DNA of 64,000 nt. It comes from Candidatus Magasanikiibacteriota bacterium (GTDB lineage: Bacteria > Patescibacteriota > Patescibacteriia > Magasanikbacterales > UBA922). This document shows, one piece after another, positions 57,585 through 64,000 of this stretch; position 1 is the first letter of the stretch, and each line of letters starts with the position of its first letter. The stretch lies in NCBI GenBank assembly GCA_016193335.1, contig JACPSK010000008.1, forward strand, positions 1,589 through 65,588. Reading direction: 5' to 3'. The notes beneath the pieces were generated by a model that did no database searches, was not told the origin of the DNA, and saw only the letters and a program-made list of their open reading frames with translations. Both the position numbers and the translations under genes were made by a program.

Positions 57585-57902
57585 TTAGTCAATAAATTCA
57601 CCGCTTTTTTTGCTGATTCGTTTTTTATCTTTTCCTTCAATCTTAAAACCAATTCTTGAACTTTTGTGTATCTTTGGGTCTACAAGCATGACATTGCTCA
57701 AATGGAGAGGCGCGGGCAATTCTATAATCTGCCCTTTCTCCTCTCTCTTCCCCCGCATATGTTTCTTGAGCATGTTTATTCCTTCCACCACCGCGTAGTA
57801 TTGATTTCTGTCTTTTCTATAAAGTACCTGAATAACCTTGCCTGTCTTGCCTCGGTCTTTTCCACTGAGTACTTTTACGTTGTCACCTGTTTTTATTTTC
57901 AT
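57585..57902 (-). CDS. rplX: 50S ribosomal protein L24
   Basis: MKIKTGDNVKVLSGKDRGKTGKVIQV (KOW motif). Confidence 0.9.
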   Translation of the reverse strand: MKIKTGDNVKVLSGKDRGKTGKVIQVLYRKDRNQYYAVVEGINMLKKHMRGKREEKGQIIELPAPLHLSNVMLVDPKIHKSSRIGFKIEGKDKKRISKKSGEFID

Positions 57903-57973
57903 ATCTTTAATTCATGGTTCATGATTCTCAGCTCTCCGGCTCATAAACACAGAGAACTGAGAATCATGAAAAC

Positions 57974-58345
57974 TTATAAGACCTCCGGCGCCAAGCTTAT
58001 TATTTTTTGGAATCCCTGAATACGCAGTTCGCGGGACACTGGCCCAAAAATACGAGTGCCTTTCATCTCTTTATTTTTTTTATCAATAATCACAGCGGCA
58101 TTTTCATCAAAACGGATATACGAACCATCCTTGCGGCGCAATTCCTTTCTTTGCCGAACAATGACAGCATGCGCTACTTCACCCTTTTTTACCATACCTC
58201 GGGGCGCGGCTTCTTTTACTGAACAAGTAATAATATCGCCAATCCGCGCATAACGCTTTTTATAGCCGCCCAAAACACGAATGCACATCAGTTTTTTTGC
58301 GCCCGTATTGTCAGCCACTTGTAGCATGCTTCTGTGCTGGATCAT
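57974..58345 (-). CDS. rplN: 50S ribosomal protein L14
   Basis: [27 protein letters not shown]. Confidence 0.9.
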   Translation of the reverse strand: MIQHRSMLQVADNTGAKKLMCIRVLGGYKKRYARIGDIITCSVKEAAPRGMVKKGEVAHAVIVRQRKELRRKDGSYIRFDENAAVIIDKKNKEMKGTRIFGPVSRELRIQGFQKIISLAPEVL

Positions 58346-58381
58346 ATATGCTGTATTACATTATTCTTTGATTCACTATTT

Positions 58382-58672
58382 TTAAGCGTTTTTTCCAGCG
58401 ACATTCACCAAACGCCATTTCTTCGTCTTGCTTATAGGTCTACATTCTTCAAAAACAACCTTGTCGCCGGAAACGGCTCTAGCAGATCCGTCGTGGACTC
58501 CATATGTCTTGGTAACCGTATACTGTTTGCGGTACTTGGGATGCATCTTGAGTGTGTTTACCAAAACACGAATCGTTTTAGCGCCTGATTTGTTCAAGAC
58601 CACGCCTTCAAAACGGCGGCGGCCGGATCCGCTTTTATCCTCTGTACTCTTTTGTATATTTTTTTCCGTCAT
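58382..58672 (-). CDS. rpsQ: 30S ribosomal protein S17
   Basis: RRRFEGVVLNKSGAKTIRVLVNTLKMHPKYRK. Confidence 0.9.
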   Translation of the reverse strand: MTEKNIQKSTEDKSGSGRRRFEGVVLNKSGAKTIRVLVNTLKMHPKYRKQYTVTKTYGVHDGSARAVSGDKVVFEECRPISKTKKWRLVNVAGKNA

Positions 58673-58683
58673 AAATCAATACA

Positions 58684-58884
58684 TTATTTTCCCCCGGACT
58701 TGGCGGCATGGTTAAGCACGGTTAAAATTTTTGCTATGCTTTTTTTAATTTCAGAAATACTGTGCATACTCTTGAGCTGTCCTTCGCTGGCCTTAAACAC
58801 CAATTCGCGCAAAGACGCTCGCTTTTCGACCAAAAGTTTGTGCAGGTCTGAAATTGATTTTGCGCGTATGTCTTTGATATCCAT
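58684..58884 (-). CDS. rpmC: 50S ribosomal protein L29
   Basis: MDIKDIRAKSISDLHKLLVEKRASLRELVFK. Confidence 0.85.
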   Translation of the reverse strand: MDIKDIRAKSISDLHKLLVEKRASLRELVFKASEGQLKSMHSISEIKKSIAKILTVLNHAAKSGGK

Positions 58885-58896
58885 ATCAAAATCAGG

Positions 58897-59310
58897 TTAT
58901 GTCCTTTTTACAAATCTGCCTCTCAAGGGAAGCTTATAAGCGGCGAGCTCAAGCGCCTCTTTGGCATTCGTTTCAGTGATTCCAGACATTTCAAACAACA
59001 CCGTTCCGGGTTTAACCGTAGCCACATAGTGGTCCGGAGCGCCTTTTCCTCCGCCCATGGGTAGTTCATTCCCTTTTTTGGTAATTGGTCTGTCGGGAAA
59101 AATCCTGATCCATATTTTGCCTCCTCTTCGCACATAGCGAGTAAGCACACGACGGGCCGCTTCAATTTGTCGGGAAGTTATCCAGGCATGGGTTTCTGAT
59201 TTCAAACCAAAATTGCCAAAAGAAACCTCGCTCATTCGAGTAGCTACGCCTTTATTGCGGCGTCTCGGCTTATGCCATTTTCTGTGTTTTACTTTTTTTG
59301 GTAATAACAT
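58897..59310 (-). CDS. rplP: 50S ribosomal protein L16
   Basis: MLLPKKVKHRKWHKPRRRNKGVATR. Confidence 0.9.
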   Translation of the reverse strand: MLLPKKVKHRKWHKPRRRNKGVATRMSEVSFGNFGLKSETHAWITSRQIEAARRVLTRYVRRGGKIWIRIFPDRPITKKGNELPMGGGKGAPDHYVATVKPGTVLFEMSGITETNAKEALELAAYKLPLRGRFVKRT

Positions 59311-59333
59311 AGCTATGGTTCAAGATACAAGGT

Positions 59334-60032
59334 TTAGCTGGCATGCGAAGCCCGTGATTTTTTGGGAGAATCGTCTATATGCTGCAATTTATCTATCGGT
59401 TCGAAAGACTCCCCATGGTAAACCCATACTTTTACGCCAATAACTCCATATATCGTTTGCGCCCTCTTACAAGCATAATCAACATTGCTCCGCAGGGTGA
59501 TAAGAGGTATTTTTCCAGCAGACAACATTTCTGAGCGCGAAATTTCAACGCCGTTCAAGCGGCCGGACATGCCTATCTTTACCCCTTTTGCGCCGCCCTT
59601 CATTACCTTTTCTATATGCTGTTTGATGACACGACGATAAGGCATGCGATTTTCAGTGTCTTTTACCACACTTTGGGCCGTGATTGAAGCTGAAACAGCA
59701 GGATTTTGAACTTCTTGAATCTGCAATTTTACTTTTTTCGACATGCGCAAAAAAGTTCGCTCTATATGTTTTCTTAAGAAATCCAAACCTTGCCCCCCGC
59801 GTCCGATAATTACACCGGGTTTGCCGGCAAAAACGGTTATACTCAAATTCTGAGCGTTGCGTTCAATAAATATGGAATCAATATGAGCGTCTTTAAATGT
59901 ATTTTCCAAATATTCACGTATCTTGATATCCTGTTCAAGCCGACTTGCATAATCTTTAACAGCAACCCATCGTGAAGTCCAGGGTAATAAGATGGGCGAT
60001 CGGTGAATTGTTGGATGTACTTTTCTTCCCAT
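59334..60032 (-). CDS. rpsC: 30S ribosomal protein S3
   Basis: MGRKVHPTIHRSPILLPWTSRWVA with a KH domain. Confidence 0.9.
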   Translation of the reverse strand: MGRKVHPTIHRSPILLPWTSRWVAVKDYASRLEQDIKIREYLENTFKDAHIDSIFIERNAQNLSITVFAGKPGVIIGRGGQGLDFLRKHIERTFLRMSKKVKLQIQEVQNPAVSASITAQSVVKDTENRMPYRRVIKQHIEKVMKGGAKGVKIGMSGRLNGVEISRSEMLSAGKIPLITLRSNVDYACKRAQTIYGVIGVKVWVYHGESFEPIDKLQHIDDSPKKSRASHAS

Positions 60033-60037
60033 ACTAA

Positions 60038-60550
60038 TTAGCTATTCTCTGTTTTTTTAAGTTTGGCCGCTGCGGAAGCGCGTCTTGTAGTTTTTGTTTC
60101 CGCGCTTGTCTGTTCACTGTCTCTCTTACTTTCAGTGGTCAGAGCTTCTTCTTTTTCATTCTCATCTTCGCTTTTACGCGATTTTTTTTGAGTATGTTTT
60201 TTTGTATCGTCCACCAGTCCCGAGAGAACCAAAGTAATGTGGGAAGTTCGTTTGCGTATGGGGGTCGCGCGCCCCATGGCTCTCGGCGTCCAGCGGTGTA
60301 AAGTGCGGCCGCCATCTACAAAGGCTTTTTCTATTTTGAGAGAATCACGCTTGAGATAATGATTGGTAAGAGCGTTTGCTATGGCAGACTCGAGCAATTT
60401 ACGAAGCGGCTTCGCCGCGTCTTTTTTTGAAACGCGAAGCTGAGACAAAGCATCATCAACATTCATGGCGCGTATAACATCAACCAAAAGCCGTACCTTT
60501 CTGGGGCTTATGCGCAAGTCTTTGAGTTGTGCTTGTGCTTGTTCTTTCAT
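60038..60550 (-). CDS. rplV: 50S ribosomal protein L22 with a C-terminal extension
   Basis: AQLKDLRISPRKVRLLVDVIRAMNVDDALSQLR. Confidence 0.9.
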   Translation of the reverse strand: MKEQAQAQLKDLRISPRKVRLLVDVIRAMNVDDALSQLRVSKKDAAKPLRKLLESAIANALTNHYLKRDSLKIEKAFVDGGRTLHRWTPRAMGRATPIRKRTSHITLVLSGLVDDTKKHTQKKSRKSEDENEKEEALTTESKRDSEQTSAETKTTRRASAAAKLKKTENS

Positions 60551-60603
60551 ACCATGTCTGTTTGCCGCTTAAACGGCCATCTGTAGGATTGATCAAAATA
60601 AAT

Positions 60604-60909
60604 TTAAGATTTTTTCTCAGGTGCCGGTGGTTTATCTTGGGCCTTGGCCATTTTCCCTCCATGACCTTTGAAAAAGCGGGTCGGAGAAAATTCACCGAGT
60701 TTGTGGCCTACCATATTTTCATCAACCAAGACATCCAGGAAATGTTTACCATTATGGACAGAAAAAGTCAAACCAACCATGTCTGGAGTAATGGTACTGG
60801 CCCTGGCCCATGTTTTTATAGGTTTATGGTCTTTGGTTTGCCTTGCCCGCTGAACTTTTTTCATCAGCTTTTCATCAAGGTAAGGGCCTTTTTTTAAACT
60901 TCTCGACAT
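60604..60909 (-). CDS. rpsS: 30S ribosomal protein S19
   Basis: [19 protein letters not shown]...FSVHNGKHF. Confidence 0.9.
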   Translation of the reverse strand: MSRSLKKGPYLDEKLMKKVQRARQTKDHKPIKTWARASTITPDMVGLTFSVHNGKHFLDVLVDENMVGHKLGEFSPTRFFKGHGGKMAKAQDKPPAPEKKS

Positions 60910-60953
60910 ATAGAGTATTTGATTGTTGACACAATTGAAAGTAAACCTGTCTG

Positions 60954-61796
60954 TTATTTCTTGACGTTACGTCGTCTCAGAATTAATGAACTGTTTGGTT
61001 TTCCTTTTTTACGAGTCTTCACGCCCAGAGCTTTCTTGCCCCAAGGTGTTTTGGGACCGCCTTTCAAACCAATGGGGTTCCGTCCTTCTCCTCCACCGTG
61101 GGGGTGATCTACCGGATTCATAACTTTACCACGCACCGTGGGCCTCCAGCCTTTCAAACGCATTCGGCCGGCTTTCCCGAGACGAACGAGCTTGTGATCA
61201 CTATTACCCACTTGGCCCACACTTGCTCTGCATTGTTTGAGAAGCATGCGCACTTCGCCAGAAGGGAGTTTGAGCTGAACAAAATTTCCCTCAATAGTCT
61301 GCAATTGAGCAGCCGCCCCGGCCGCGCGAACAATACTGCCGCCCTTTCCTGGTTCGTTTTCTATGTTATAGACGAACATACCGACGGGAATATGCTCTAA
61401 GGGCATGCGAGCGCCGAGACTTGCTTCGATTTTTGCCTGTGAACTGAGCACACTCATGCCCGGCTCCATTCCTTTTGCAGCCAAGACATAAGATTTTTCG
61501 GAGTCTGCATATTCAATGAGAGCGATATTCGGCCCTCGATTTGGATCATACTCTATAGCTATAACTTTTGCCGGCATGTCCAGCTTTGTTTGGTTGAAAT
61601 CAACCATTCGATACATGCGTTTGGCGCCGCCGCCTCTGTGACGAATAGTAATCTTGCCCGAATTGTTTCGCCCGGCTTTTCTAACCAAAGGCCGAAGCAA
61701 ATGCTTTTCAGGTGATTTTTTGGTAAGTTCAGAAAAATCAAGCACACTTGCTTTCCGTCTTCCTGCCGTATTTGGTCTGTATATTTTCACTGGCAT
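60954..61796 (-). CDS. rplB: 50S ribosomal protein L2
   Basis: [14 protein letters not shown]...HPHGGGEGR. Confidence 0.9.
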   Translation of the reverse strand: MPVKIYRPNTAGRRKASVLDFSELTKKSPEKHLLRPLVRKAGRNNSGKITIRHRGGGAKRMYRMVDFNQTKLDMPAKVIAIEYDPNRGPNIALIEYADSEKSYVLAAKGMEPGMSVLSSQAKIEASLGARMPLEHIPVGMFVYNIENEPGKGGSIVRAAGAAAQLQTIEGNFVQLKLPSGEVRMLLKQCRASVGQVGNSDHKLVRLGKAGRMRLKGWRPTVRGKVMNPVDHPHGGGEGRNPIGLKGGPKTPWGKKALGVKTRKKGKPNSSLILRRRNVKK

Positions 61797-61814
61797 ATTC
61801 TGTATATATTACTT

Positions 61815-62303
61815 TCAAACGCCCTCATGAATACTGATGGATGCTCCCTTTGGGAGAGTGACAAGAGCTTTTTTCCAATCTGAACGTTTGCCATGATTTC
61901 CGCTGAACCTCATGCGCTTTCCTTCAAGTGTCACAGTCCTTACCATAACGGGGACAACCCCATAAACGGCTTTTACTGCATTTTTTATCTCCATTTTGCT
62001 GGCTTTTCTTGCTACTTTAAAAGTGTATACTCCTGTCCTTTCGGCGTCAGTCGCCTTCTCGCTCACCAAAGGACTTATCAGAATACCATGCTTCGCGCGG
62101 CCCTGAGACTTGGTATCCGAGGAATCTATTTTCTCCTGAACTTTTTGAGTGCCCACCGAGTCTGTATTGCCAGACTCTGAAACGTTTTTTCTGACAGCCG
62201 TGTTTTGTGCACTGGACCCTTTGGAAGATTTCTTTGCGCCAGAAAGACGCTCCTCTAAATCAGGATTCCTTTTTGTTTTTTTAAATCTGTCTAGAATACC
62301 CAT
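61815..62303 (-). CDS. rplW: 50S ribosomal protein L23 with a roughly 65-aa K/S-rich N-terminal extension
   Basis: Core ILISPLVSEKATDAERTGVYTFKVARKASKMEIKNAVKAVYGV. Confidence 0.85.
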   Translation of the reverse strand: MGILDRFKKTKRNPDLEERLSGAKKSSKGSSAQNTAVRKNVSESGNTDSVGTQKVQEKIDSSDTKSQGRAKHGILISPLVSEKATDAERTGVYTFKVARKASKMEIKNAVKAVYGVVPVMVRTVTLEGKRMRFSGNHGKRSDWKKALVTLPKGASISIHEGV

Positions 62304-62304
62304 A

Positions 62305-62934
62305 TTATTTCAACAAACGCTTTTCCAAAACATCCAAAGCGCTTTTGTTTATGATTACAAACTGATGATCCAATAGATCCATTACATTCACGTCCATGGC
62401 ACGTTTTATATCCAATTTGGACACATTGGAAACTCCACGCTCGAGCATATCGGCGGAACGGTCCGAAAGCAGGAGGGTGGTCTTGCCATATCCCGGCATT
62501 TTTTTTCTAAAACGAGCGTAAGTTTTGGTTTTGCCATCATCGGCGAACTGATCCACCACCAATAAAGCCTCTCTTTTAATTTTATCTGATAAACACATTT
62601 TTACGGCTCGGAGGCTCATCTTTTTATTGATCTTTTGTTTATAATTCCTAAGATTAAGCGGCCCAAATGTTATTCCTCCACCTCTCCAAATGGGAGAACG
62701 AATCGAACCATGACGGGCTCTTCCGGTGCCTTTTTGTTTCCACGGTTTTTTGCCGCCTCCGCTGACTTGGCTTCTATCCTTGCTATGAGCCCAAGCCTCC
62801 CGATCGTTCGCTCGAAGAGCCACATAAACTTGATGGACCAAAACCTGATTCGGTTCAACCGCAAATATGGCGTCGTTCAGTTCGATTTTGCCTGTGTCTT
62901 CACCGGCTGAATTGTAGAGGGTGGCTATTGCCAT
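62305..62934 (-). CDS. rplD: 50S ribosomal protein L4
   Basis: Position and WKQKGTGRARHGSIRSPIWRGGG. Confidence 0.9.
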   Translation of the reverse strand: MAIATLYNSAGEDTGKIELNDAIFAVEPNQVLVHQVYVALRANDREAWAHSKDRSQVSGGGKKPWKQKGTGRARHGSIRSPIWRGGGITFGPLNLRNYKQKINKKMSLRAVKMCLSDKIKREALLVVDQFADDGKTKTYARFRKKMPGYGKTTLLLSDRSADMLERGVSNVSKLDIKRAMDVNVMDLLDHQFVIINKSALDVLEKRLLK

Positions 62935-62940
62935 ATGTGA

Positions 62941-63780
62941 TTAGGATTCTTTTCCTTTATCAGCAGTCGCATTCTCTATTTTTTTATCTGTATTATCTTC
63001 AAGAGCCTCTGCATCAGGGCCTTGAACCGATTCTTTTTCAGAATCAAGCATCTGAGGAGACTCTGGAAGATCCGCTGTTGAAACCGCGGCCTGCTCTGCC
63101 TGAGCGATTGAAGGGGATTCCGCGGATTCGACTTGGATGGAACCTGCTTCAGAAGAAATAAGGATCAAAGTATTCCGAGCGCCGGGGATCGCGCCTTTTA
63201 TAAACAATTCATGGTTTTCAGGATGCACTTCAACAACTTCAAGGTTTTTTACGGTTACTTGCTCAGAACCCATATGACCGCCCATTCTTACTCCCTTAAA
63301 CACGCGGCCCACACCGCCGGCACCTATGGAACCAGACATTCGTAACTGATCTTTGTGTCCATGAGTAGCAGGAGAACCATGGAAACCATGTCTTTTAACT
63401 ACTCCCTGGAAACCCTTGCCTTTTGATTTTCCCTGGACTTCGACTTTTTCACCGGGAGCAAATATTTTTACCGTAAACATATCTCCCCTTTTCAACCCAT
63501 GCTGCTCTACGACAGCATCCACCCGAAAATCTCTCATATAACGGAGAGAATTGCCTTCTTTGTCGTCAAGATCTTTTAGATGGCCCTGCTGTGCTTTGTT
63601 TATTCTGAATTTTTTTTGAGAGCCAAAACCAACTTGCACGCTGTCAACGCCATCCCTATCCTGTGTTTTTATTTGAGTAACAACGCAAGGTCCGGCCTGA
63701 ACACGGGTAACAGGAACAATGGTCCCGTCTTCACGGAACACTTGGGTCATACCGAGTTTTTTTCCGACAATAAATTTCAT
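62941..63780 (-). CDS. rplC: 50S ribosomal protein L3 with an acidic C-terminal extension
   Basis: MKFIVGKKLGMTQVFREDGTIVPVTRVQAGPCVVTQIKT. Confidence 0.9.
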   Translation of the reverse strand: MKFIVGKKLGMTQVFREDGTIVPVTRVQAGPCVVTQIKTQDRDGVDSVQVGFGSQKKFRINKAQQGHLKDLDDKEGNSLRYMRDFRVDAVVEQHGLKRGDMFTVKIFAPGEKVEVQGKSKGKGFQGVVKRHGFHGSPATHGHKDQLRMSGSIGAGGVGRVFKGVRMGGHMGSEQVTVKNLEVVEVHPENHELFIKGAIPGARNTLILISSEAGSIQVESAESPSIAQAEQAAVSTADLPESPQMLDSEKESVQGPDAEALEDNTDKKIENATADKGKES

Positions 63781-64000
63781 ACCTTATACCCTTCAAATCC
63801 TTGAAGAGCGTGAACTCTCGCGAGGATTCAGTGATATAAAAAACTAGAAGGAATCTTGCAGAATTGATTCTCAAAATAAACCGAGATAAAGAACCAAGAA
63901 CAGCTTCCATTTATCTTCGGCACCGGAGTGTACGGTTTCCTCGATGAGAATTTTTCTACACTTTTCCTTCTAGCCTTTTACAAGTTGGAAAAAAAAACAG

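Noticed and set aside
63781-64000. Expected rpsJ (S10) upstream of rplC at the window edge.
   Set aside because: No frame in the last 220 nt of the minus strand translates to an S10-like C-terminus. The region appears non-coding, possibly the operon leader.

Overview
This 64 kb window looks like a segment of a small, reduced bacterial genome. AT-rich intergenic DNA, frequent TTG/GTG starts, tightly packed operons, a ribosomal cluster with no L30, a Zn-type S14 and an archaeal-type PEPC together suggest a Patescibacteria/CPR-like organism. That assignment is an inference. Most genes are housekeeping: tsaD (partial), prs, dnaE, pheST, rseP, lemA-htpX, queF, an SDR gene, rpsP-khpA, the dapF-lysA-lysC lysine cluster, smc, nrnA, clpP, a VanW-like gene, hsp20, a CofE-like gene, comFC, asnS, recO, ruvX, map, adk, secY, and the L3-to-L15 ribosomal protein block. 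The main accessory content is a nine-gene minus-strand operon (about 34.2-45.5 kb) encoding a type IV secretion-like apparatus. It has a VirB4-family ATPase that appears split into an N-domain ORF and an ATPase-body ORF, a PrgI/VirB3-like 2-TM protein, a bitopic VirB8-like candidate, two unknown soluble proteins, and a 1739-aa polytopic VirB6-like giant with a coiled-coil region and an unknown C-terminal region. No coupling protein, relaxase or integrase is visible. The operon sits directly upstream of comFC and two tRNA-Ser genes, and the tRNA locus carries a 32-bp att-like duplication around a degenerate tRNA-derived GC-rich insert. Other notable items: a CuA-type cupredoxin lipoprotein; a GC-rich lysC with a possible lysine-riboswitch leader; a GC-rich small membrane peptide cassette with its own promoter and terminator; a 95-bp perfect-inverted-repeat element plus an orphan ORF inserted between secY and adk; and a repeat-rich 490-bp convergent intergenic region that may encode an ncRNA. 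No CRISPR array, transposase or prophage genes were seen.
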